Below, in pieces: positions 1 through 8,547 of a stretch of 64,000 nt of DNA. How positions within the stretch are numbered: position 1 is the first letter of the stretch; each line of letters starts with the position of its first letter. The DNA is taken from NCBI GenBank assembly GCA_963775795.1, contig CAVZKC010000004.1:820028-884027 (forward strand). The letters run 5' to 3'. A program made the translations under genes and the position numbers. The DNA is from an uncultured Actinomycetes bacterium. Its GTDB lineage: Bacteria > Actinomycetota > Acidimicrobiia > IMCC26256 > DASPTH01. The notes below the pieces were generated by a model. It made no database searches and had not been told where the DNA came from. It saw nothing but the letters and a program-made list of their open reading frames with translations.

Positions 1-2
1 GC

Positions 3-173
3 AACTTCTGCGATGCCGTCGGCGCGCTCCCCGAGCCACAGCCCGTCGTCGTCTCGATCGGACCCGTCACGAGCGAGACCGCCCGCCAGCGCGGGCTGCG
101 GGTCGACGCCGAGGCCCCCGAGCACACCATCGAGGGCCTCGTCGCGACCCTCCGCGAGGTCGTCCACCGGTAG
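3..173 (+). CDS. uroporphyrinogen-III synthase-like C-terminal end (5' partial, runs off window)
   Basis: Frame from nt 3 reads NFCDAVGALPEPQPVVVSIGPVTSETARQRGLRVDAEAPEHTIEGLVATLREVVHR, stop TAG 171-173. The IGPxT...G pattern is typical of HemD C-termini. Lies directly upstream of hemB/hemL. Confidence 0.5.
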   Translation, partial: NFCDAVGALPEPQPVVVSIGPVTSETARQRGLRVDAEAPEHTIEGLVATLREVVHR

Positions 174-262
174 CGATTCGGGTTCAGTGGGAATTGTGGC
201 GCTGCTCGCTGACCCCAGGATCCCAGTGAATGGCCCGGTGGGCGCACCGGTACCATCGCGCG

Positions 263-1240
263 ATGAGCTTCCCGGAGCGGCGGATGCGCCGGCTGCGGCG
301 CACGCCCGCGTTGCGGCGCCTCGTGGCGGAGGCCCGTCTGTCGGTGGACGACCTCGTGGCTCCGCTCTTCGTGAAGGAAGGGATCACGGCGCCCGAGCCG
401 ATCGCGTCGATGCCGGGCGTCGTGCAGCACACCCAGGAGAGCCTCCGCAAGGAGGTCCGTGCGCTCGCCGACCTCGGGGTACCGGCCGTGATCCTCTTCG
501 GTGTCCCCGCGACCAAGGACGCCCGCGGCTCGGGCGCCGACGCGTCCGACGGCGTGGTCCCGGTGGCGCTGCGCAACCTGCGTGACGAGGTGGGCGACGA
601 GCTGGTGCTCATGGCCGACGACTGCCTCGACGAGTACACCGATCACGGGCATTGCGGACTGCTGACGGCCACCGGCGCGGTCGACAACGACGCGACGCTC
701 GAGCGCTACGCCGAGATCGCGATCGCCCAGGCCGACGCCGGCGCGGACATGATCGCGCCCTCGGGGATGATGGACGGCCAGGTCGGCGCGATCCGCGCCG
801 CGCTCGACGGGACCGGCCACTCCGACCGCGCGATCCTCGCCTACGCGGTCAAGTACGCGTCGGTGCTGTACGGCCCGTTCCGCGACGCCGCCGAGTGCGC
901 GCCGCAGTTCGGCGACCGGCGCGGATACCAGATGGACCCCGCCAACGCGCGGGAGGCCCTCGACGAGGCCGCGCTCGACATCGCCGAGGGCGCCGACATG
1001 GTCATGGTGAAGCCCGCGCTGCCTTACCTCGACGTCGTTCGCTCGCTCCGCGACTCGTTCGACGTGCCCGTCGCCGCCTACCAGGTGAGCGGCGAGTACG
1101 CGATGGTGCAGGCCGCCGCCGAGCGGGGCTGGCTCGACGGCGACGGCGCGATGCTCGAGCAACTGGTCTCGATCCGGCGCGCCGGCGCCGACTTCGTGCT
1201 GACGTACTTCGCGCGCGCGGTTGCCGAACGTCTCTCGTGA
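263..1240 (+). CDS. hemB: porphobilinogen synthase (delta-aminolevulinate dehydratase)
   Basis: ORF 230-1240; likely start ATG 263 (MSFPERRMRRLRRTPALRRLV). ALAD signatures DDLVAPLFVKEG, GVPAVILFG, DEYTDHGHCG and active-site lysine context VMVKPALPYLD. Confidence 0.93.
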   Translation: MSFPERRMRRLRRTPALRRLVAEARLSVDDLVAPLFVKEGITAPEPIASMPGVVQHTQESLRKEVRALADLGVPAVILFGVPATKDARGSGADASDGVVPVALRNLRDEVGDELVLMADDCLDEYTDHGHCGLLTATGAVDNDATLERYAEIAIAQADAGADMIAPSGMMDGQVGAIRAALDGTGHSDRAILAYAVKYASVLYGPFRDAAECAPQFGDRRGYQMDPANAREALDEAALDIAEGADMVMVKPALPYLDVVRSLRDSFDVPVAAYQVSGEYAMVQAAAERGWLDGDGAMLEQLVSIRRAGADFVLTYFARAVAERLS

Positions 1241-2505
1241 GCTCGCTGTTCGAGCGCGCACAGGCGCGCATCCCCGGTGGTGTCGACTCACCCGTACGGT
1301 CGTTCCGCTCCGTCGGTGGCGAGCCGTTCTTCGTCGCCCGGGCGGAGGGCGCGTACGTCGTCGACACCGAGGGCCGGCGCTACGTCGACTACGTGCAGTC
1401 GTGGGGCGCGTCGATCCTCGGGCACGCCCACCCCGCCGTGGTGGAAGCGGTCCAGCGCGCGGCCGCGGCCGGCACGTCGTACGGCGCACCCACCGAGCGC
1501 GAGGTCGAGCTCGCGGAAGCGATCGCCGAACACGTGCCGTCGGTCGAGAAGGTGCGGTTCGTGTCGTCGGGCACGGAGGCGGCGATGACCGCGGTGCGGC
1601 TCGCCCGCGGCGCGACGGGCCGGACGAAGCTGCTCAAGTTCGCGGGCTGCTACCACGGACACGTCGACTCGCTCCTCGTCGCCGCGGGGAGCGGCGTGGC
1701 CACGCTGGGGCTTCCCGGCTCGGCCGGCGTCACCCCCGGCACGGCCGCCGACACCATCGTGGTGCCGTTCAACGACGACGCCGCCGTCGACGAGGCCTTC
1801 ACCCGTGCCGGCGACGACCTGGCCGCGGTCTTCGTCGAGCCGGTCCCCGCGAACATGGGCCTCGTGCCGCCCGCGGACGGATACCTGGCCGGTCTCCGAC
1901 GCCGTTGCACCGCCGCCGGCGCCCTGCTCGTGCTCGACGAGGTGATCAGCGGGTTCCGGGTCGGGATGGGCGGCGCGCAGGGCCGGTTCGGCGTCACGCC
2001 CGACCTCTCGCTCTTCGGCAAGGTGATCGGGGGCGGGCTCCCGCTGGCAGCGGTCGGCGGGCGAGCCGACGTGATGGACGAGCTGGCGCCACTCGGCCCC
2101 GTCTACCAGGCGGGAACCCTCTCGGGGAACCCGCTCGCGACCGCGGCGGGGCTGGCCGTCCTGTCACAGCTCGACAACGGCGTCCACGACGAGCTGGCGC
2201 GGCGCACGGCCGTCGTGCTCGACTCGATCACGGCCGCGTGCTCGGAGCACGGCGTCCCCGTGCAGACACCTCGGGTCGGTGCTCTCGGCGGCGTGTTCTT
2301 CTCCGAGCGCCCGGTGCACGACTACGCGGACGCGCAAGCCGCCGACCATGCGCGCTACGCCGCGTTCTTCCACGCAATGCTCGACCGGGGTGTGTTCCTC
2401 GCGCCGAGCGGCTACGAAGCGCTGTTCATCACCACCGCGCACACTGACGACGTCATGGAGTCGACCACCGACGCGGTCCGCGCGGCCGTGAGCACGATCG
2501 CCTGA
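1237..2505 (+). CDS. hemL: glutamate-1-semialdehyde 2,1-aminomutase
   Basis: GTG 1237 overlaps the hemB stop (GTGA). Reads SSLFERAQARIPGGVDSPVRSFRSVGGEPFF...SWGASILGHAHP...FVSSGTEAAMTAVRLARG...GKVIGGGLP. Class-III aminotransferase with HemL-specific N-terminus. Confidence 0.93.
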   Translation: MSSLFERAQARIPGGVDSPVRSFRSVGGEPFFVARAEGAYVVDTEGRRYVDYVQSWGASILGHAHPAVVEAVQRAAAAGTSYGAPTEREVELAEAIAEHVPSVEKVRFVSSGTEAAMTAVRLARGATGRTKLLKFAGCYHGHVDSLLVAAGSGVATLGLPGSAGVTPGTAADTIVVPFNDDAAVDEAFTRAGDDLAAVFVEPVPANMGLVPPADGYLAGLRRRCTAAGALLVLDEVISGFRVGMGGAQGRFGVTPDLSLFGKVIGGGLPLAAVGGRADVMDELAPLGPVYQAGTLSGNPLATAAGLAVLSQLDNGVHDELARRTAVVLDSITAACSEHGVPVQTPRVGALGGVFFSERPVHDYADAQAADHARYAAFFHAMLDRGVFLAPSGYEALFITTAHTDDVMESTTDAVRAAVSTIA

Positions 2506-2513
2506 TCGGCTCG

Positions 2514-2750
2514 CTACTCGTCGTCGTCGGGCGGGAGCCGATTCCGGCGCACGTGGTCCATGAAGAACAGCGCGCCGGCCATGATGACGATGGTGACGAC
2601 CAGCAGCACGAACGCGAGGCCGCCACCGCCGTTTTCGCCCCCCGCGTCGACGAGCTGCTGCGCACCCACGGGCGCGGCGAGCGCGAGCAGCGCCGCTCCG
2701 GCCACACCGACGAGCGTCAAGGCGATCCGCACCCGTCGCACCATCGTCAC
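2514..2750 (-). CDS. small membrane protein (signal/anchor helix plus one TM), last gene of the bc-type operon
   Basis: 78-aa ORF. Its GTG start overlaps the upstream stop (GTGA at 2747-2750). Two hydrophobic helices (IALTLVGVAGAALLALAAP; LAFVLLVVTIVIMAGALFF). No recognisable family. Confidence 0.45.
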   Translation of the reverse strand: MTMVRRVRIALTLVGVAGAALLALAAPVGAQQLVDAGGENGGGGLAFVLLVVTIVIMAGALFFMDHVRRNRLPPDDDE

Positions 2751-3571
2751 ACCTTCTCCGGGACACGCGCTGGCGTCGGCCTCGCGTTCGTCTTCGCCGC
2801 TTCCGCCTCCATCTCGTCCCGTTCGCGCCAGTGGAGAGCGAGCAGACCGAGACCGAACATGATCACCGCCATGCCGAACGCCACGAACGGCGGGAGCCGC
2901 AACGACCCGAGGTCACGGTGGAGGACGACGTACCCCGTCTTCGCACCGTCGGCAGTGTCGCACTCGGGGGGCAGGGGCGGGAGGCCGAAGGGCCGATCTT
3001 CCGGCGCTGGCTTCACCTGGCAGAACTGGGCCACCGCGACGAGCGGCTCGTGCGTGAGCTGGAGCTTCCAGAACTGCGGATCGCTGCCACCCGCTTCGTA
3101 GACCGCGAGCACCTGGTAGTCGCCCACCTCGGCGAACTGGGCGAACTGGTTCGCTCCCTCTCCCAACGGCGCGGTCGGGGTCTCCACCTGGGTGACGAGC
3201 GCCTCGTCGACGGCCGCCTTCACGTTGGACAGCTCGGTCGGGTCGACCTTGTTCGGCGCGGTGTCGATGTTGCGGACGTCGGGATTCTTCGCGTCGGTGA
3301 GGTCGGTCACGACCTGGTCGACCTTCCACGACGGGATCGTCCCCTTCAACGTGTTGAGCGGCGACGCGGTCGTCACCCACAGCAGGGTGAGGATCACCAT
3401 GAAGCCCGCGAAGCCGGTGAACGCGACGAGGAAGCCGAGCCGCGCGCCCAGGTTGGTGCCGAGGAGGAGGTAGATCGACCCCATGAAGAGCACGACCCCC
3501 GCGACGACGACGAGGACGCCGAGGATGGTCGGGTACCAGAGGGTCTTGTGGGTCAGCTCGCTCGCGAGCAT
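2747..3571 (-). CDS. membrane protein of unknown function, co-operonic with cytochrome c
   Basis: In ORF 2747-3757 the first plausible start is ATG 3571 (MLASELTHKTLWYPTILG), 6 nt after the cytochrome c stop. Two to three N-terminal TM helices, a soluble middle region and one C-terminal TM helix. No family recognised. Confidence 0.6.
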   Translation of the reverse strand: MLASELTHKTLWYPTILGVLVVVAGVVLFMGSIYLLLGTNLGARLGFLVAFTGFAGFMVILTLLWVTTASPLNTLKGTIPSWKVDQVVTDLTDAKNPDVRNIDTAPNKVDPTELSNVKAAVDEALVTQVETPTAPLGEGANQFAQFAEVGDYQVLAVYEAGGSDPQFWKLQLTHEPLVAVAQFCQVKPAPEDRPFGLPPLPPECDTADGAKTGYVVLHRDLGSLRLPPFVAFGMAVIMFGLGLLALHWRERDEMEAEAAKTNARPTPARVPEKV

Positions 3572-3576
3572 CAGGT

Positions 3577-4854
3577 TCACGCGACGCAGTCCTTGTTGAC
3601 GGTCCTGCTGTCCGGCGGGTTCTCGATGTTGCGCTCGTAGCCCATGATTAGGCAGATCTGGCTCTTGGTCAGCACCGCGCCGAAGTGGGGCATCCGTCCC
3701 GACGAGATGCCGCGCAAGCCGTAGCCCTGGCCGGCGGGCACGCCCTCGGTGATCCACGCGAAGAGCTTGTCCTCGCCGTCGGGTGGCGGGAACTGGTCGT
3801 CGACGTCGCCGTCACGCAGGTTCGGCCCGTACGCGCCGCCTCCGCTCGCCTCCGGTTGCGGGCTTGCCGGATCGAGCGGGTCGTAGGCGGACCAACCGCG
3901 TGTGTGGCAGCGGGCGCAGTTGTTCTCGAACAGCACTTGGCCCTCGTTGGCGGGGTTGTCGACCTTCGCTTGGTACGCGAGCGCCGCTACGAGCTTCTCC
4001 TGGGCGTCCTGCACCGCCGCTTCGGCGTCTGCACGGTCCGCGGCCAACGCGGTGGCGGGCAGCGCCGCCAGCGCGTCTTGGGCGGTCGTGAGTGTGTCCT
4101 TCGCCGACTTCACCGCCGCATCGGCCTTCTTGCGGGTGACGCTGATGTCGGCATCCTTCTTCGCCTGGTCGGGCGTGATCGCGATGCTCTCGACGTAGTT
4201 CACGAGGTCGTTGATGCTCTGCTCGTTGAGCGCGCCGCGACCACTCTTGACCCCCCACGCGGGCATGGGAGTGCCCGGGCGCCCGTACGTGATGATCTCG
4301 TGGAGCTGCGCGCGCGAGTAGCGCAGGCTGGCGAGCTGGAGGCTCGGGGCCTGCCAGGTGACCTGCTGCGGGAGACACTGGGGCTGGGTCGCCGCCAGCT
4401 CCTCGTTGACCACCTGGTCGGCCTTGCAACTCGGGTCGGTGCTCTTGAGCGTGTAGCTCGCCGACCCACCGCTGCCGTCGACCCCGTGACAGTTCGCGCA
4501 GAGGAGCGACACGGTGCTGTTGTAGTTCTCCGACTGGTCGTTGGCGAACAGCACCGCGCCGCGCTCGACCGACTGTTCCTTGAACGTGTCCTTCGCGTCC
4601 GCGCTGCGGAACGGCTCCCAGATGAAGTACGCGACCAGGCCGAGCACGAGGATCACCAGCGCGACGAGCGCGACTCCGAGCGCCCGCTCGAGGTGCGCGC
4701 CTTCCATCACGTCGTCGTCGAAAAACGGCGTGAGGTTCTCCGGCTCCGCCACTTCCGGGTTCCGGCGCAGGCTGAGCACCCGGTACACGATGTACGCGAG
4801 CACCGCGCCGAACATCACGAGGTTCAAGAGGATGAGAACGCTTCGGGTGCTCAT
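3577..4854 (-). CDS. membrane-anchored diheme cytochrome c subunit of a bc-type complex (QcrC-like)
   Basis: Two CxxCH heme motifs (LLCANCHGVDG and NNCARCHTRGW). N-terminal TM anchor plus a second TM. Directly downstream of the Rieske gene. Confidence 0.85.
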   Translation of the reverse strand: MSTRSVLILLNLVMFGAVLAYIVYRVLSLRRNPEVAEPENLTPFFDDDVMEGAHLERALGVALVALVILVLGLVAYFIWEPFRSADAKDTFKEQSVERGAVLFANDQSENYNSTVSLLCANCHGVDGSGGSASYTLKSTDPSCKADQVVNEELAATQPQCLPQQVTWQAPSLQLASLRYSRAQLHEIITYGRPGTPMPAWGVKSGRGALNEQSINDLVNYVESIAITPDQAKKDADISVTRKKADAAVKSAKDTLTTAQDALAALPATALAADRADAEAAVQDAQEKLVAALAYQAKVDNPANEGQVLFENNCARCHTRGWSAYDPLDPASPQPEASGGGAYGPNLRDGDVDDQFPPPDGEDKLFAWITEGVPAGQGYGLRGISSGRMPHFGAVLTKSQICLIMGYERNIENPPDSRTVNKDCVA

Positions 4855-4899
4855 GCGGTGGCGCGGGCGCGCGCGATCGAGTGACGGACGGACGGACGG

Positions 4900-5742
4900 T
4901 CACACACAGGGCGGCCCTTCGGCGCTCTGCCCGGTGGTGTTCGTGCCGATCGGCGGGCCGACGACGATGATGCTCGTGTCGACGGTGATCTCGCCGCCCG
5001 ACACGGTGAGGGGGAACCGGTCGAGACCACGCGGCGCGGGGCCGCCCTGCTTCTCTCCCACCCGGTCGTACTTCGAGCCGTGGCACGGGCACTCGAACCA
5101 CTGGGAGCTCTGGCACCATGGCACGCGGCAGCCGAGGTGCACGCACCGCTGGTAGAGCGCCACGTAACCGAGCTCCATCCCCGCGATGATCGCCGGCGTG
5201 TACGCAGGGACTCTCTTGGCCTTCGGGATGTCGCCCTTGGGGTACGGGACGATGTAGGTCTTGGCCCCGGCGTTGTAGAAGGGCTGCTTGAGGTCGAACG
5301 CCGCCTGGGCGTCGGCTTCCGAGCCCACGGTGATCTTGCCGCCGAAGCCGCCGCCCGCGCTCGGCCACAGGAACGCGAGCGCGGACACGCCGAAGATCCC
5401 GCCGAAGAGGCCGGAGAGGGCGAGGATCGACCGGTTGAAGAACTTGCGGCGCGTGACGCCGAGCTCGTCGAGGTCGACCGGCTCGTAGACCGCCGGCGTC
5501 GCCGGCGTCGCCGGCTCGAGCTCGCTCGAACCCGACTCGAGCGCCTTGCGCGCCTCGTCGGAACGGGCTCGGGCGGCCTCGCTGTCGACGACGTCGGGCT
5601 CCCCCGACGCGGGGGGCTCGCTCGCATCACTGCGGCGCGTCTCGCGACTCAAACGCCCGGTCGTGGTGCGCTGGCGCGCCATCGCGAACAACGCGACGAC
5701 CGCGAGCCCCAAGACGACGACGACGGCGATCGCGATGAGCAA
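4900..5742 (-). CDS. Rieske [2Fe-2S] subunit of a quinol-cytochrome c reductase
   Basis: Rieske boxes CVHLGC and CPCHGS. Tat-like RRKFFN motif and N-terminal TM helix. TTG start 5742 preceded by AGGAGG. Confidence 0.9.
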   Translation of the reverse strand: MLIAIAVVVVLGLAVVALFAMARQRTTTGRLSRETRRSDASEPPASGEPDVVDSEAARARSDEARKALESGSSELEPATPATPAVYEPVDLDELGVTRRKFFNRSILALSGLFGGIFGVSALAFLWPSAGGGFGGKITVGSEADAQAAFDLKQPFYNAGAKTYIVPYPKGDIPKAKRVPAYTPAIIAGMELGYVALYQRCVHLGCRVPWCQSSQWFECPCHGSKYDRVGEKQGGPAPRGLDRFPLTVSGGEITVDTSIIVVGPPIGTNTTGQSAEGPPCV

Positions 5743-5752
5743 GGTCTGCCTC

Positions 5753-6619
5753 CTACAGCTCGAAGAAGATGCCGTCGTTCCAGGGGAACGTGAAGTTGAA
5801 GCCCGGCCCGCGGAAGAACGAGCCGATGATCACGAGCACCGCCCAGAGCATCAGGAACATGGTGAAGATCGAGATGGCGAACTTGCGGTCCTTGGGCTTG
5901 TGCGACGGGTTCTTGTCGACGAACGGCGCCACCATCAGCAGGAACAGGCCCATGCCCGGGATGGTGACGCCCGCCACCATTGGGTGGAACATCGTGAGCA
6001 GCTCCTGGAGCCCGAGGAAGTACCAGGGCGCCTTCGACGGGTTCGGCGTCTTGTTGAAGTCGGCGAGGCCGAGCAGGGGGGCCTTCACCAGGGCCGAGAA
6101 CACGATCGTGCCCGCGGTCACGATGAGGAGCGCCGAGAACTCGATGACGAGCAGGTGCGGCCAGGTGTGCACCTTGTCCTGCGCCTCGGCGCGCGTCTGT
6201 TGGATCGACCCCGACTTGACGACAGTCAGGAGCCGCTGGGTGTGACCGCCCGGGCCGGTCGCACCGGTGGCGGGCGCGGCAACGGTCGCAGTGGCGGTGG
6301 CGGCCCGTCCGGCACCCGCGGCGGCGGGCACGTCGGCGCCCGCCTCCCCGCCTGCCTTGGCCGCTCGGCGCCGCTGGGAACGCTCGAGGAGGTGGGCGGG
6401 GATCTTCGTACCCGTCGCCGTCTCGACGTCTTCAGCGGGAGGCCCGTCGGCGGCGGGAGCCCCGGCGTCACCCGCGCCCGCTTCGGCCGGCGAGTCCGCG
6501 GCCGCGGGGGCGTCTTCGGCGGCGGGAGCGTCGGCCGGCTCCTCACCCTCGACGGGCAGGCCCAGCGCGCGCCGGCGCTCCTGGCTGCGCCGGAGGAGAT
6601 GTTCGGGGATCTCAGCCAT
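5753..6619 (-). CDS. cytochrome b6f subunit-IV-like protein (C-terminal half of cytochrome b) with a ~130-aa Ala/Pro/Glu-rich N-terminal extension
   Basis: C-terminal 150 aa carry the PEWY-type motif (SKAPWYFLGLQELL) and three TM helices. Follows the b6 gene by 12 nt. Confidence 0.85.
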   Translation of the reverse strand: MAEIPEHLLRRSQERRRALGLPVEGEEPADAPAAEDAPAAADSPAEAGAGDAGAPAADGPPAEDVETATGTKIPAHLLERSQRRRAAKAGGEAGADVPAAAGAGRAATATATVAAPATGATGPGGHTQRLLTVVKSGSIQQTRAEAQDKVHTWPHLLVIEFSALLIVTAGTIVFSALVKAPLLGLADFNKTPNPSKAPWYFLGLQELLTMFHPMVAGVTIPGMGLFLLMVAPFVDKNPSHKPKDRKFAISIFTMFLMLWAVLVIIGSFFRGPGFNFTFPWNDGIFFEL

Positions 6620-6631
6620 CGTCGCCTCCTC

Positions 6632-7417
6632 CTACAGCGGCCCGGAGATGCCGCCGTCCTTGCGGACGCGCCAGAAGTGGACGGCCATGAAGATGACGAT
6701 CACGAACGGCAGCAACAGGACGTGGAGGACGTACCAGCGCAGCAACGTCTCGTTGCTGATCTCCTTCGAGCCGAGCAGCACGAACTTCACGGAGCTGCCG
6801 AACACCGGCGTGTAGCCCATCATGTTCGTGCCGACGGTGACCGCCCACAGCGCGAGCTGGTCCCACGGGAGCAGGTAGCCGGTGAAGGAGAGCAGCAGGG
6901 TGAGCGTGAGCAGGATCACGCCGATCACCCAGTTGAACTCGCGGGGTGCCTTGTAGGCGCCGTGGTAGAAGACGCGCGCCATGTGGAGGAACACGGTGAG
7001 CACCATGAGGTGCGCGGCCCATCGGTGCATGTTGCGCACGATGGAGCCGAAGGTGACGGCGGTCTCCAACGTCTGCACGGTGCCCCACGCCGACGCCGCC
7101 GTCGGCCGGTAGAAGAACATGAGGAAGATGCCGGTGACGGTGAGCAGGATGAAGAGGAAGAAGGAGAGCCCGCCGAGGCACAGCGTGTAGGAGACTTTGA
7201 CCGCGTGCCGCTTCACCTTCACCGGGTGAAGGTGGTAGAGCACGTTGTTCATGATCACGTAGGAGCGGTTGCGGGGGCTGTCGGTGTAGCCGCGACGGAA
7301 CACCGAGCCGGGCCGGAAGATCGCGGTCCACGCCTGCGATCCGCGCACCTTCTCGTCGACCTTTTCGAGCACCTGGGACACCTTGTGCCCGTTGCCGCTG
7401 CCGTTGCCGTTCGCCAC
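6632..7417 (-). CDS. cytochrome b6-like protein (N-terminal four-helix half of cytochrome b)
   Basis: ORF 6632-7573; in-frame GTG 7417 is preceded by GAGGAG and lies after the ferredoxin stop (7435). Heme-ligand His pairs present (RNMHRWAAHLMV...; VLHVLLLPFVIVIFMAVHFWRVRKDG). Confidence 0.9.
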   Translation of the reverse strand: MANGNGSGNGHKVSQVLEKVDEKVRGSQAWTAIFRPGSVFRRGYTDSPRNRSYVIMNNVLYHLHPVKVKRHAVKVSYTLCLGGLSFFLFILLTVTGIFLMFFYRPTAASAWGTVQTLETAVTFGSIVRNMHRWAAHLMVLTVFLHMARVFYHGAYKAPREFNWVIGVILLTLTLLLSFTGYLLPWDQLALWAVTVGTNMMGYTPVFGSSVKFVLLGSKEISNETLLRWYVLHVLLLPFVIVIFMAVHFWRVRKDGGISGPL

Positions 7418-7434
7418 CTTGCTCCTCGGACCTG

Positions 7435-7848
7435 TCAGAACCGGACGCCGTACGCGTAGCCGTGCCGCGCGGTGCGGGTGTGGGGGTCGCCGTCGGCAAC
7501 CTGCGTCGAGATCTTGCCGAGCACGATCACGCCGGTCGGGCACCGGTCGACACACAGGGCGCAGCGGGTGCACACGTCTTCGTCGACGATGAAGGCCACG
7601 TGGTCACGCGGATCCTCGCCGGGCTGTTCCGTGTTGACGGCGCCGGTGATCGCGCTCACCGAGACCATGTGGATGCACTTCCAGGGGCAGATGTCGACGC
7701 AACCCTCACACAGGATGCATTCGGCCTGGTCGATGTGCAGGAACTGCTTCGGCTTGACCGATGCCGTGAGGAACGCGGGGTCGACCTCCTGGAGCTGGTA
7801 GTCGGTCACGAAGTCGGGCATCGGCGGGTTGGCGTCGGTGCGGGCCAT
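7435..7848 (-). CDS. 2x[4Fe-4S] dicluster ferredoxin-domain protein
   Basis: Two CxxCxxCxxxCP motifs (CILCEGCVDICP and CTRCALCVDRCP). Its ATG overlaps the upstream stop by 1 nt (TGATG). Confidence 0.8.
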   Translation of the reverse strand: MARTDANPPMPDFVTDYQLQEVDPAFLTASVKPKQFLHIDQAECILCEGCVDICPWKCIHMVSVSAITGAVNTEQPGEDPRDHVAFIVDEDVCTRCALCVDRCPTGVIVLGKISTQVADGDPHTRTARHGYAYGVRF

Positions 7849-8372
7849 CAGGCCTCACCTCCCCCGTCGGGAGCGGTCGCCATCGCGGGCTGACGGCGGC
7901 GGAGCGGGCGCCCGAAGCGCGACGTGCGCGGCTGCTCCGCGGCTGCGGTCTCGTCGGCACGGTGCCGCTGCTGCCACTTGACGAACAGCGCGAGGTTGAG
8001 GCCGAACACCATCGAGTAGATGCCGACGACGATGACGTCGCTCAACGACTTGTAGTCGAGGCTGAACGGCCACTGGATGCCGAGCACGATCTCGTGGCCG
8101 CCTTGGAAGAGGAACTTCGTCGTGTTCCACTGGAGGTACTTGTCGGAGAAGGTGATCCACTCGTGGGGGATCACCGCGTACCCGAGCGTCATCATCGCGA
8201 ACACGCCAACGGCGCCGAGCATGCACTCCGACCACGTCGCGGGACGGTCCTTCTTCGGCCGGCTCATGAGGTAGCCGACGATGAGCAGACCGATGACGAA
8301 GAGACTGACAGCCCAGAGCAAGCGGCCCGCAGGCCGCATCCAGGGCAACCAGTCCGGGATCAAGTTGGGCAT
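7848..8372 (-). CDS. polytopic membrane protein of unknown function, first gene of the bc-type operon
   Basis: ORF 7848-8399 (TTG). ATG 8372 (MPNLIPDWLPW) is the more conservative start. About 4 TM helices; no family recognised. Confidence 0.55.
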   Translation of the reverse strand: MPNLIPDWLPWMRPAGRLLWAVSLFVIGLLIVGYLMSRPKKDRPATWSECMLGAVGVFAMMTLGYAVIPHEWITFSDKYLQWNTTKFLFQGGHEIVLGIQWPFSLDYKSLSDVIVVGIYSMVFGLNLALFVKWQQRHRADETAAAEQPRTSRFGRPLRRRQPAMATAPDGGGEA

Positions 8373-8547
8373 CGGGCCCGGGGTCCTCCGTGGGGACAAC
8401 GCGGCGTGTGACGCTTCCTACCACGCTATCTGAGGGCCGTCACGAATCAGGACGCGAGCCGGGTGGGATCGAGCACCGGGATGCGCGCGACGATGCGTCC
8501 ATGCGAGCCCGCGTGATCACAAGCGCACAAGCCGGACGCGGCGGGCG

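Noticed and set aside
5546-7459. Long antisense or alternate-frame ORFs over conserved genes (for example 5546-7459, 8440-9177, 13799-16159, 20387-21847, 25519-27015, 51184-54048, 58302-61367, 3812-5368)
   Set aside because: All overlap genes with strong family motifs on the other strand or frame. Their translations are low-complexity Arg/Ala/Gly/Pro/Asp strings without motifs, as expected for stop-poor GC-rich DNA.
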